A stretch of 63,548 nucleotides of DNA, filler included, from Perkinsus chesapeaki ATCC PRA-425 (Eukaryota; Protista; Perkinsozoa), in NCBI GenBank assembly GCA_013115145.1. It is 10 parts of 10 records of this genome, joined end to end, with 100 filler letters (N's around TTAATTAATTAA, not from the genome) between each part and the next. Parts side by side here need not be neighbours in the genome. Positions count along the whole stretch, not along the records: positions 1 to 8,517 come from JAAPAO010000970.1; positions 8,618 to 11,261 come from JAAPAO010001554.1; 8 more parts are not named here. One strand, 5' to 3'. A model generated the notes under the pieces. That model was not told the origin of the DNA, did not search any database, and saw only the letters and a program-made list of their open reading frames with translations. Positions within the stretch are counted from its first letter, which is position 1. The number at the start of each line of letters is the position of its first letter. Positions 1 to 10,759 of this stretch are shown one piece after another. Made by a program: the position numbers and the translations under genes.

Positions 1-330
1 TCATGATTTTGACCGGCCAATCCTTGATCACCCGGATCACACGTGCCCCGAGTACTCTCCGATTGACCTCGCAATCAACACGGGCAGCACGACGCGTCAG
101 AAATTGCTGGAATGCTACGAGAATCAAAAGGTGCAGTTTTTGATAGTGCTGAACTCTTACACACTTTACTGCTGAATAATTGTGTGCGTTGGCCGAGCTC
201 AGCTTGGCCGTAACGCACACAATTGTTTTATTCTGATAGGGATTACTAATTAACTCAGAAATAGTACTGTGCGGACAACATCGATAACACACATGAAGGC
301 ATGTAAACAGGAATGGCGTAAACAGGAAAT

Positions 331-1200
331 CTATCCTTGAAGTCGGCACGGCGTCGGGTACTGTGACGGCGTTACAGGCTGATCAGGAGGATTGCAGTCA
401 GATGGTGTGGTGGGCTGAAAAAGCGAAAATATTCACACCGGTGATGTCATCTCCTATCGTTCTCTTACAGCAGACGTTGTGAGTGCTGGTTGAGCGTCAT
501 CGTTATCAACATCCACTTCACTTGTCCCTTTATCATCATCAACACGCAAAAACGGATCGGCTTCCAACGTGGAGCTCTTACGAGTCGGCGATAAAGCCTC
601 AGAATTATCCTAGAAACTCACTCAAGGGACAATGCAAAAGTAACCTCGGTGAACTTGCCTTTAATTTTTCATCACCAAGAATGCTCTCGCTTCCACCTGA
701 GCCTACTGTCGAGTTGCCGGGAGCGAGACTCGTAGTGGTGGGCTCATCTCCATCGGCCTTGAAAGGGTTCGGCCCAATGTCATCGGGCTCTGGCGCCTAT
801 CCCAGAATGATAAGTTCATGACGACAAACAAGCTCTTACTTCCGTATCGTCTTCATCAGCGAAGCTGGGCGGCAGAAGCTTCTCAACCTTAACCGATAAA
901 ATCCCGCACAGGTTCGATCCACGGGCCTTACATTCTGTTCTGGTTCAGAATTTTCATTGATGCTACTTGATAGCCTACTAGGAGACTCTTCTGGGGTCGT
1001 GGTAGTATTGGTAGTAGGCGGGTCCAGATTCAACACCTTCGACAGCCTCTTGGGTTTCTAACACGACAGGAACGATGGTTTTCTCCGCATCTATTGTCCT
1101 TGCATTTTCACACGTATTAAGTCAACACACGCTTTCGTTGTCAAGGTACTAAAGCGTTATTGCTGGTTCGTGTTGCTTACGAAATACATTGGCATATTGC
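331..1200 (-). CDS. Multi-exon hypothetical acidic, low-complexity protein (5' end uncertain)
   Basis: Manual splicing through 40-55 nt GT/GC-AG introns gives VKVEKLLPPSFADEDDTE|APEPDDIGPNPFKADGDE...KLK|DNSEALSPTRK...LTTSA|PTPSDC...RLQG*; TAG at 333-331. Confidence 0.55.
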
Positions 1201-1575
1201 TAAAATATGCCTTTGACAAATAACTCGATTGGTGCTCAATTGCCTGTGGTATTTTCATGTGTTACTTTCCTTTCAGTTGGTGTATGGTCATGTAGGAATT
1301 CCCTTAGGCCTTGCAGCCTCCAATGGCTAGGACGCCTCAATCCAACTGATCGCTCTTCATCGTCATCATTCTGGTGATTCCCAAAGTAGCACGACGGGCA
1401 ACAGCAGCACCCACCGCAGCCAGCGAAACTGAAACCGTCAATACTTCACACGGTGGAGAAGACATGCCAGGCTTACGAAATGAGAAGACTTAGTAGCGCC
1501 GCTCCTATAGTGAGTAATACAATAGTCTTGCGAAACACAAGGGACATGATTCAATAGCGAGGAGGCCTGCTAAAA

Positions 1576-1608
1576 TACCGTTACCGAGGATCGAACCCGG
1601 GTGAAAAC
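1576..1608 (-). pseudogene. tRNA-Glu-like 3' fragment
   Basis: Reverse complement GTTTTCACCCGGGTTCGATCCTCGGTAACGGTA: TTC anticodon loop joined directly to T-arm and acceptor 3' strand; no 5' half. Confidence 0.45.
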
Positions 1609-1915
1609 ACAGATGCTTGTTGGCCTCAAGAAATGGCAATGTCATGTCAACGGTTGAGTTGTTGGTACCAGTTGGTAGCCTGAGATGGAGGACCTTTCCT
1701 CGGCAATAGCGAACATGTCAACAAAATATCTGAGAAAGGAGTTGGGGGCAGAAAGTGCGATAAGTCGTACCGGGTAGACCAACCGTGAAGGGGCCGCTTG
1801 GAGCACCACTGACTGAATAGATCATCATCAGTAGCAACCTCATAACCACTCATAACAACTTTAATCATTACATTCACAACAAGGGAGACTAGTAGTAGAT
1901 GATACACGCAAAGGA

Positions 1916-1989
1916 CCTACATATAGCTCAGTCAGGGGACTTTCAACTCTCACTATGCCGAAACCCGGGTTCGAATCTCAGCAAGGGAA
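1916..1989 (+). pseudogene. Degenerate tRNA-Glu(CTC)-like sequence
   Basis: A-box-like TAGCTCAGTCAGG, loop CTCTCAC, B-box CCCGGGTTCGAATC, ends AGGGAA; 74 nt; anticodon and acceptor stems do not pair. Confidence 0.5.
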
Positions 1990-2099
1990 CACATATTACA
2001 ATTAAAGCAAACCATACGACAGATGATCGTTCATTGAGTAGTTCAGAGCTTCTAACAGGAGCAGGCTCGCCCAACACTGTTGTCAGAAGCACCTGACCA

Positions 2100-4400
2100 T
2101 CCCGATTGTTCACAATTTGACAATACCAAACCGACCATAGGCCACGCTCCGGCTATCGACAATGAAGCCTGGTGTCCTTCAACCGATGAGGCTCTCCAGT
2201 GGGAGGATGATGTTGCCGATACGATATGCGGGGTTATATACCTTACTTGGCTAACTCGGGACGGAAAGGGCTATGAAGCCTTACATGGTGGACACGAAGG
2301 CCGTGCCAAGTAGAAGTATTGGAACTATGACCAGTAATGATAATAAATCAAAGTGTATTATGGCCAACAATCGAGGAACCTGTAGGGGTGTGATCGAGTA
2401 AAGTGGGTTGGTGGAAATAATAAATCACCCATTTGGTGAGGGCCAAGTAGTCGAGGAGACGGAAACAACACAGAAATGCTACAAAACATATAAGGCATTC
2501 CAGTAGGAGAGCATTCCTGAAATAATGACACAGTCGGTATGTCAGTGACCTCTGCACGCATGTACACCGACTTGTCACTGTAATTCGAAGATGTCATAGT
2601 GATAAAGAGAAGGAGTCTTGCAACGGCAAGAGTCCATAGAACCACAGACGGTGTAGTAATCAACCTAATGGAAGTTATGTCACTAGAAGACCAACCGGTG
2701 GAGGGCACCACTCACTGAAGACCAACCGTCAGAGCACCAGAGAGAGGCGCACCAGAATACGCCTTATAGTGACTTCTAAGGTAACTGAAAATGTTAGCCA
2801 CATAATGCAGAGAGCGGTATGAAAAAAGTATTTCCTCACTTTGTAAACGAGGGATGTACCAGAGTAGCTCCCATACTTAATAAGATCACCATTAACGCCG
2901 TAACAAATAGACTATCTTGTAGTAGCTGATAAGGCAGTAGCAATTAAGCTGGAGAGTTGAAAAAACTCACTCCAAGCGGGGTTGTACCGGCTAGCTCAGA
3001 TATTATCAAAATCGGTGCAACATGTATGATAGTGGGGTCTCCTCGGGCACGAACTATCCCAATGTGGGCCTGTCACATTGAGAACATTGAACGAGCTGAG
3101 ACACTGTCATCACAGTGTGAAAGTAACCATCAAGTGGTCGACTCTTTATGGTCATTTCAACCTTTGTGACGTTTTGATGAGTTATGCACGAGCCACTCAG
3201 ATTAGCCGATACTTTCCCTTTCAGTTTTGCGCCCTAACTTGACCAATAATAGTTGCCTCCTTCGCAACCTACTCACCAGGTTCACTGAATCCTCCAGCAG
3301 GAACGGACCAGGTCTTGCTATATAACACACTCCTATAATATTAATAATAGGAGCTTCGCTCGAGTGTCAAATTCCGACCTTTAAGATTCTCCTTGGGGAA
3401 CTCTGGTATCAAACCGATGTAGCTATACGATTTAGTTTCGGGAAGGACGCCAATCAGAGCCTCCAAATAACGTTTGAAATCGTCGCTCGAATGCAGCTGA
3501 TAATACGATACGTATTCTGGGCCTGCGGCCTATAGTGAATCACTGCTACCGATGACTATCTCACCAGGAGTAGTGAAAAACGTATATATATTAGATCTGA
3601 TAGCTCTTGTCCATATAACAGCATAATCTGGTGTTGTTATCAATAGTAATATAACACTGGTGTAGAAGGCAATTCGTAGGGGGTTCGCCATGGTAAAAAG
3701 TAATGGAGTTAAGCGAGCATCTTGCTCACTTGTCATACCTTGCATTTCCTCAACGGCACAATGCATCCCCGACGATTCCAGTCGCCGCCTTTGTCTCTTT
3801 GACATGCATGCCATTATAGCGTTAATAGCGCTTTATTCCACCTTAGCAACTGTTGGTTCTGCCTGGGATTCTGCTCGTGTTTCCTCGGACTCATCAGGGT
3901 CCACCTCTTCACTAGGCAGGATCAGCACTGTAAGGAACGAAACCACTCTTATGCTCCAACGGATCTCTTGAATGAAAGAGGCCGTCTATAGGATGACATC
4001 TGGGGCCCATTCTGAAAGCTTCTTCGATTTTGAGAAGCAGCTCAAGAGGCCCGGCCGATTTCAAGAGTCTCTTCCTTTCGAAGAAATTTTTAGTAAAATT
4101 ACCTCTTTGGCCGCTCTTTCATTTAGAGGAGCTAGTTGCTCATGGAAGCCCTCTTGAAGTTGATTAGAATTATTTCTGAAACCGACTGAGCCAAAAGTTT
4201 CACCCTGTCTTAAAGAGAATCCTCTGGGGACTTTCGAGATGGGTCCCTATATAAACGAACCATAAGCCGTATAGCTCACCACGATCGATAGGCCGTTCTC
4301 TATCATCTTGTATCCGGTAACATTCGTCTTTGTATTTTTCAGCGTCGCCTCGTATACGTTTCGAGCAGCAGGCTGTACAGGTCGAGATTATTGAGGTCAA
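2100..4400 (-). CDS. Multi-exon polytopic membrane protein, possibly TRP/polycystin-like channel (boundaries approximate)
   Basis: Spliced segment LLLECLICFVAFLCCFRLLDYLALTKW|VPRLLAIIHFDLLSLLVIVPILLLGTAFVS across a 49-nt GT-AG intron resembles an S4-S5 region; further TM segment LRIAFYTSVILLLIT at ~3650. Full model not resolved. Confidence 0.3.
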
Positions 4401-5036
4401 GAATTGTTCTTACTACAAGTTGAGTTATTAATGATTATCACATTACATGTAAAAAGTATTGACGTTCATCATTTCATATCATCTTGAGTTACTCAGTTGA
4501 CAAGCACCACGGTGTGACCCGGAACAACCGCGATGGTAGCTTGGCTTCCCCACTAATATTTCTTCGAACCCAATCTCTGTGGTTTTGATGTCCCGCTGCA
4601 AATGCTGCGAAATCTACCGAAAATACATTTTCTTATTTTCTATCAAATGTACGTAAACGTCAATGACAGCTCTCCTCTAACCTCGTTTGGTGGATATAAG
4701 TTGACCGCTCGGCACATATCCAACAATACAATCAAAACGAAATTCACTGACACATTGGGCCGCCGCTCTGTTTGTCGAAGTTTAAAGCGTACAATAAGAT
4801 ATGGTATTCATCAGGCATTGTTAATCGGGGAATACCACACGTAGCCCAGCAAACACAATCCTTCAAGGGAAAGTGACGTGCCCTTGCTAGTCGAAAATTT
4901 CGATTTTGGTAAAATCGAGACATGGATTCTTATTTCGATTCGAAATAGGAACCTTTTTATGAATAGGGCTGCATTGCCAAAGGTTTACCTCATCTGTAAT
5001 GGTGCCAGTCACATCCCAGCTTCTAAATAAGTTGAA

Positions 5037-6002
5037 ATGGCCGACTTCGGCACGGCTCATTCAAACCGCCACTTCGTCTATCTAGCTCAGATCAGTTTGC
5101 TTGGACGTTCTGGTGTCAAAGGCAATACTGACGTGACATGGGCTATATGGAAATACATTCGTCGTCCTTGCCCCACGGCAATTGTTCATCAAGGCTCTAG
5201 CACAAGGAATGGTTTCCTGTCATGTCTGGCTCCCTGTCGCCTAACATCAAGCGTTATTATTGAGCGATTCCGTGATGAAGCTGATAGAAGGATTATGGAG
5301 CTCACACATAACGGTGAAGTTCGACAGTTGGTTTCTGACGCTAGCCGCATGCGCAAAGTTGGTTCCGCATGCAGCGATGGTTCGGTGCTCTACTGTGTTA
5401 ATCTAGCTGGCTGGGGTATACTGAGGAGACGCCTCGATGATGGAGGACGCTTGTCGACCATCGGTCTGCCATTTTTTCAAGATGATGATTTTCCTAAGGA
5501 CGTCTGTATTTCCAACTCAAAACTGTTCCTCCTGACTCTTGAAAAGTGTCGAATTTATGCCTACCTCATTGCTAGAAAGGAATGGAGTTATATTTTTGAT
5601 ATTGAAGGGGGCGTCCGATCGTTCGACGCTAAAAGTGGCTCTGATTCTGATTGGGGAAGCCAGTTCCTTTATGTTGTCCACGGCCAAGGCTCCCATGAGA
5701 TCCACTACAGACGGTCTTCTGGTGAAGTCATTGTCACTCCTCTGAGGAACGCCTGGAGCTGCAAGTTTGTCAACAATTCTGACGGGCGGGCATGTGCGGT
5801 GTCCACACACAGTGAAGATATGTGGGAACCTTTGACGTGGTCAGTACATCTAGTGGACCTCTACTCTCGATCGGTGTTATGCACAAGTACTCCATTTTTG
5901 GGGCATCATATCCGATTTATGGCTATTACCAATGAGTGGAATACTATTATTGCAATGGGAGGTCAAAATGATTATCAACTTGTGAGGTTCAATTTGATGT
6001 GA
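5037..6002 (+). CDS. Hypothetical protein, 321 aa, single exon, beta-strand-rich
   Basis: Uninterrupted ATG-TGA ORF with normal protein composition; no family recognised. Confidence 0.6.
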   Translation: MADFGTAHSNRHFVYLAQISLLGRSGVKGNTDVTWAIWKYIRRPCPTAIVHQGSSTRNGFLSCLAPCRLTSSVIIERFRDEADRRIMELTHNGEVRQLVSDASRMRKVGSACSDGSVLYCVNLAGWGILRRRLDDGGRLSTIGLPFFQDDDFPKDVCISNSKLFLLTLEKCRIYAYLIARKEWSYIFDIEGGVRSFDAKSGSDSDWGSQFLYVVHGQGSHEIHYRRSSGEVIVTPLRNAWSCKFVNNSDGRACAVSTHSEDMWEPLTWSVHLVDLYSRSVLCTSTPFLGHHIRFMAITNEWNTIIAMGGQNDYQLVRFNLM

Positions 6003-7339
6003 CTCTTATAAACATATTTCTTGATGCATGACTCTGACCAGTTCTGTTTTCTGTGTGCAAGGAGGTTTTAGAGTTTATGGAGCTTCTCGTCAATGACAAA
6101 ATCGCAGTAAGTGTGACCAACCGTGCCGACAGTCGAATCCCAAATGATATCTCAACTTGCATTTCAAACCATAAAAGATTAGCTCGGCCTACAACCTATT
6201 GCCTCTCGCTCAATGGCCGATATGGCTACGGTGGAACCGTCCCACTACTAGTGGACCACTACACTTTCTACCGTTAGCAAGGACCGTGTTGCGCAGACGA
6301 CAGTTACGCCCGTTCGCCGGAAGGCACCAAGGAATATGTGATGATCAGCAGCTACTTGATCATAGACAGTATGCTTTTAATAGTATGCTGCTATACTGTG
6401 TCGCAGAGTTATAGTAGCATTACAAATAGAAGCCATTCAGAAGGAGCGACTGACGACACGTGCTGAGTGATGCATTGACAGGATACCCTCTGGCGACAAT
6501 GTGGGCATTGGTCGCTGTGAGAAAATGATTGTTAACATTGAGCCAATGTCATTGGTATCGTTCTTCTCATTAGAGCAGTTTCCTACAATACTGCAAAGTG
6601 CCTACACCAAATCGGAGCAGGCAAGTCAGAAATGGCGCCTTTCATCGAAAGGCGTTTCCGGTGTTGTAATGTATGCACATGCTTTCCTCCATATGTCGGA
6701 AAAGCGGGAAAAGCTGTTTAGACAGCTACACGAACAAGTCGATTTTGTATTTGCTATATCTAATCGATGTCCATGATTCAGGGACTCGAGAAACTAACGG
6801 ATTTAGAGACGGAAATTAGAGCCTTCTCGTCCAGAGTGTCAGGGAGTGTCTCCAGAGCCACCAAAACTTGTTGACGAATGGTACCCATCAAGAGTCGCGA
6901 GCTCGTCAGCTTGGTGGGTTAGCCAGAGCATCAGGAGGGTCACCAGACTAACCTGGGCAAGCTTGTGGCCGCTGTCGTGACCAACACTTCGATTGATAAT
7001 ATCGGTAGACGATGGCCGACTCTGTTAAGACAACCCCAGAGCCTTCTCACGAAGTATTGCTTAACAGGCAGGCAATGCAACTTGGATATGATAGAGTGAG
7101 GTCCCGGAGCCAAAGAATGAAGAATAGGTTTATCTAGCCGCTCACGAGCAGCAACGATACAAGACTCCAGAGAAACAACTCTTGTGACGTGGGCACTTCG
7201 AGAAGCGCCACGCCCGTGACCGACGGTACACGTGGTCGAGCGCAATCGATATTCATACATTGCAGTGAGCACGCAACTACAGCAGAGAGTAGTTACTCGA
7301 CTTTAAATTATGCGCCCTCATTCTCTACTCCACGTTATT

Positions 7340-7627
7340 ATGCATATCTGCTCACTAATATTGTCCTTTCTTGTGATTGTCGAAGGCCACAACCCCCCGT
7401 ACGTAGGGGTATCCTGCAACGTGGCTGTCTGTCCTCCAGGCAACTTTGATAAGAGCAACTGTGGAAGAGATGATAACTGGTGCAATTGGTTCGCCCACTA
7501 TATGATTGGTGCGACTGGCTGGTGTGATACTAAACTAAACTACTGTGAGTATGGCAGCGTAGGGTATCATTTCCAAGAACGCTGTGATTGTCACAAAGCA
7601 GATAAAAACCAGTCGAGAAGGGTTTGA
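7340..7627 (+). CDS. Small secreted cysteine-rich protein (95 aa, 8 Cys in mature part)
   Basis: Second Met of ORF 7310-7627 begins signal-like MHICSLILSFLVIVEG; mature pattern C-x4-C-x9-C-x6-C-x13-C-x6-C-x12-C-x-C. Confidence 0.65.
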   Translation: MHICSLILSFLVIVEGHNPPYVGVSCNVAVCPPGNFDKSNCGRDDNWCNWFAHYMIGATGWCDTKLNYCEYGSVGYHFQERCDCHKADKNQSRRV

Positions 7628-7676
7628 GCTTCGAATCAACCACGCTTGATCATCTTAATTTTGCATCATGCCTTAA

Positions 7677-7890
7677 AGTCTTGTTGACCTCCTCTTCTTC
7701 TTAGTTAACTATTTGATGAGAACCTCTAAATACTGAGTTCGTGTGGTTACTTTCTTGACGAAGCAGATCAGAAAGCTGCTTGATTTTGCGGTATGTCTTA
7801 CAGTCTTGTTGACCTCCTCTTCTTGTTAGTTCACTATTCAATCAGAACCTTTAGTAGCCAAGTTTGTGTAGTCAATTATGGACAAAGTAG
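7677..7890 (+). repeat. Degenerate direct repeat, 2 copies, 125-bp period
   Basis: AGTCTTGTTGACCTCCTCTTCTT at 7677 and 7802, similarity continuing for ~60 nt. Confidence 0.8.
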
Positions 7891-8235
7891 GCGACAGAGA
7901 ACTTGTTCATCTGTCAGATAGAGCCGTAATTATACTTCCATACGCGACCACCTGGTGCAGAGGCCACTTAAAGCTCGCAGAACAGCTTCACCGTGCATTT
8001 ATACTCTATTCCAGTCCCCGGCAGCAAATCTTCCTCGAATTCTCCGGGGCGCGAAATCTATTCTCGAAACCCATCTTCGTTTGAAGAGGCGAGTGCCTCT
8101 TCAAATAAACGTGAAGAATGTGACCACATAAAATAGAAGGGCTGAGGACCGAAGAGCGTGGCTTCAGTTCCTCGGAGTGCTATGTTATTCAGCCTTGTAA
8201 CTCTCGAAACGTGAGATAGTTCCGTACACGCCCCA

Positions 8236-8311
8236 CTAAGTTGGATCTTGCCTCCTCTTAGGGGAGGCAAGATCCAACTTAGGGTAGGCAACGTAGAGGA
8301 GTCCTCTACGT
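8236..8311. repeat. Two adjacent perfect inverted repeats
   Basis: CTAAGTTGGATCTTGCCTCC-7nt-GGAGGCAAGATCCAACTTAG (20-bp stem, 8236-8282) and ACGTAGAGGA-G-TCCTCTACGT (8291-8311). Confidence 0.9.
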
Positions 8312-8444
8312 AACGAGTACAGTTAATAAGTCGGCCTAGCCGGGGTGATTGGAGCTTAATTGATGATTGATGGTTGACATTACTATACAGCCGCGCCGGG
8401 CCAAACATGTCTGCGTAACACGAGTGAGAGATGGTATGGCTCAC

Positions 8445-8515
8445 AATACAGGTTAACGTAGTTGACCCAGTTTACTCGGGGATTACCGTCCGGAGCGTGT
8501 TACTTGAATATTTGT
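8445..8515 (-). repeat. 71-bp repeat identical to the start of the tyrosine-recombinase contig
   Basis: Exact reverse complement of 62036-62106. Confidence 0.9.
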
Positions 8516-8517
8516 AG

Positions 8518-8617
8518 NNNNNNNNNNNNNNNNNNNNNNNNNNNNNNNNNNNNNNNNNNNNTTAATTAATTAANNNNNNNNNNNNNNNNNNNNNNNNNNN
8601 NNNNNNNNNNNNNNNNN
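8518..8617. other. Artificial contig linker (44N-TTAATTAATTAA-44N)
   Basis: All-frame stop 12-mer flanked by 44 N on each side; the same 100-nt cassette recurs 9 times. Confidence 0.98.
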
Positions 8618-8626
8618 TGGCTCAAG
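8618..8626 (+). other. 3' nine nucleotides of the perkinsid/dinoflagellate spliced leader (TGGCTCAAG)
   Basis: First nine bases of the contig; followed by CTCC, not by a GT donor, so not an SL RNA gene. Confidence 0.55.
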
Positions 8627-8702
8627 CTCCTTTGTTGTGTTATTCTTCAGAGTTCATCAACTAATACCGCGACACCTTTCTGGTAGCAGCCCTTTTGTGT
8701 TA

Positions 8703-9734
8703 ATGACCGGTACTCGCCCGTTTGACGACGAGATTGACACGGAGCTGGTGCGTTTACGTGCTGATTTAGAAGACTCATCTCCTTCTGTCCCGTCGTCTCC
8801 CGGCTCGCCGGGGGACGGCCCAGCGTTAGTCGATAGGTCTTCTCTTGGGGCGTCCAGTTCTGCGGTGCCGGTACGGGAAGCTGAAGTAGTCCCTCTGACG
8901 AGGTCGTCCGCTATTCCACCGTCACCTCCTCTTCCGGTGGTTCCTGCGTTGCCACCTCCCCCACCGATGTCGATGGTGCGGGGGGAACGTTCTGTGCTCT
9001 TGAGTGCCGAGTGCACGTTGTCCCGTGCCAGTAGTGGTGAGCCTCCGGCTCGGCGTCCCCGGCTGCACGGTCGTGAGGTTTCCGAGGGTTGGGCGGAGGA
9101 TAGCCCGTACGCTGCAGAAGAGAGACCTTATTTCTCTGCAACTTCCGAGTGGGAAACCAGGGCAAGTCTTTTATTGTCTCAGGATGCATCTAGGCCGCCC
9201 CCTACGGTGTCCCGATCCCCGACTCCGAGGTCGTCTGTTGGTTCCCTGCCGCCTAGTTCCGCTTTGGAGGAAGCTCTGGCCGATCTGCCCCCTCTTCCGG
9301 AAGCTCCGACCGCTGAGATGATTGCCCGTCGCCGGAGTGCTGCCGAAACACGTGTGGTACTTCTGGAAAGGCTAAGGCATATAGAGGAGGAGCTGAGGCG
9401 CATGGGGCCGCCCCCAGCGAGGTCGTCCCGGCGGTTCCCGCGCCCTTTACCCCTGGTATCGTTAGATGGGGTCCTGGTGCGACCTCTGAACTTGAGGACT
9501 CCCGATCCTTCGTGGAGCGTATGGACGACGTTGTGGATGAAGATGCCTGGGTATTATGGGATGATGGTATTTATCGTGCTGCGGGTGAACACCGAGATTA
9601 CTCTGAGGAGCAGGTGGACGAGCTTAACCGAGTCGCCAATGCTGGGCCTCACCCTGAGGATAATTGTGGTCCCGAGGATCCGTCTGCCCCGGTGGCTCTA
9701 CCCCCGGTACCTCCCGCGTTTGATTGGGATATAG
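8703..9734 (+). CDS. ORF1, Pro/Ser-rich protein with short coiled coil (unknown; gag-like composition)
   Basis: ATG at 8703 (MTGTRPFDDEIDTEL...); GC-rich; sequence after ~9450 looks out of frame. Confidence 0.6.
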   Translation: MTGTRPFDDEIDTELVRLRADLEDSSPSVPSSPGSPGDGPALVDRSSLGASSSAVPVREAEVVPLTRSSAIPPSPPLPVVPALPPPPPMSMVRGERSVLLSAECTLSRASSGEPPARRPRLHGREVSEGWAEDSPYAAEERPYFSATSEWETRASLLLSQDASRPPPTVSRSPTPRSSVGSLPPSSALEEALADLPPLPEAPTAEMIARRRSAAETRVVLLERLRHIEEELRRMGPPPARSSRRFPRPLPLVSLDGVLVRPLNLRTPDPSWSVWTTLWMKMPGYYGMMVFIVLRVNTEITLRSRWTSLTESPMLGLTLRIIVVPRIRLPRWLYPRYLPRLIGI

Positions 9735-10759
9735 ATAGTGCTATCGCCCGAGCTGGCCTACGCCATCCTGGTTGGACGACTCCGTCGCCGTTCGTCCCGA
9801 AGTCACGTTCGTGGGATTCTATCTGCTTGAGGGGTTCGGCTCGGGAGGATGCTTCGTGGCTCACCCGTGCACCCACGGCTATCACGGTGGCAGACTACCA
9901 ACGTCATGAGTGGCACGATTACTGGGAGACCTTCGGAGATGCCCGCTGTTCGTCCCGTATGTTGAGTTCCACGGTGATTTTTGAGAATCTTACGGTGGCT
10001 GTTGTGGTGTCTTCGCTTAAAGAGGATTGTGGCGGGCGTTGTTTGCTACTCTCTGGTCTGAGCGCTAGGCCTTATCGTGGTGTGCCCCGGGAGGAGAACT
10101 CCTATCCTCCTCCTTATGTCCCGGCTGCCCCCGCTATCCTCAGATGGTTGCATAGCGGCGACATCCCTGCGGCCGCTGTCACCATCCACTGTGATTATGG
10201 TCATCGTTACGGTGAACCAAGGAGTGAGTGTACCGTTCTGTTCTGTTGTGCTATACATGCCGAATCGAGTGTTCATCGGATCATGCGTTTGTCCCGGGAG
10301 CGACCTTTACGTCCTCGTGCGTATACGTTTGTCGCTCGCAGCAATCGCACTTTCGATCTGAACTTGTGGGACCAGCAGGGTCGCCGTTCCGGCCTGGATA
10401 AGCCTGAAGCCCTTGTCGACCTTTTGTACAAGTACGAAGTGGCGAAGAACCAGTTCGAGAATGTCCCGTTGCCCTTCACTCGGTTTCACCGCTGGCCCAT
10501 GTTCTATCAAGACATCCGGTCGTATGAGTGGTTGCTGGCTGAACAGCATGCCTACCCGTATGGCGCTGACTTTGAGGATGTTTCTATCAACTACATCTGG
10601 CGGCGTACTGGCCTGAACGCTGGTCTAGAAGAGGTGGTCTACCCGCTCTTGGACTACTATCGCGATGTTCCGAACATCATGTTCGTGAGCATTCTGTCCC
10701 GGCCAGGTGCAGCGAATTATCCGAACCCAATAAAATACAATCTTGAGAGGAGAACTTAA
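9449..10759 (+). CDS. ORF2 in the -1 frame of ORF1; probably the C-terminal part of a ~685 aa fused product of unknown function
   Basis: Frame is open from upstream of 9449 to TAA at 10759; protein-like composition; no RT/RdRp motif seen. Confidence 0.7.
   Translation, partial: TPGIVRWGPGATSELEDSRSFVERMDDVVDEDAWVLWDDGIYRAAGEHRDYSEEQVDELNRVANAGPHPEDNCGPEDPSAPVALPPVPPAFDWDIDSAIARAGLRHPGWTTPSPFVPKSRSWDSICLRGSAREDASWLTRAPTAITVADYQRHEWHDYWETFGDARCSSRMLSSTVIFENLTVAVVVSSLKEDCGGRCLLLSGLSARPYRGVPREENSYPPPYVPAAPAILRWLHSGDIPAAAVTIHCDYGHRYGEPRSECTVLFCCAIHAESSVHRIMRLSRERPLRPRAYTFVARSNRTFDLNLWDQQGRRSGLDKPEALVDLLYKYEVAKNQFENVPLPFTRFHRWPMFYQDIRSYEWLLAEQHAYPYGADFEDVSINYIWRRTGLNAGLEEVVYPLLDYYRDVPNIMFVSILSRPGAANYPNPIKYNLERRT

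Noticed and set aside
6000-7270. Short ORFs on both strands
   Set aside because: Probably pieces of a spliced gene, but no consistent model or family motif could be built by eye.
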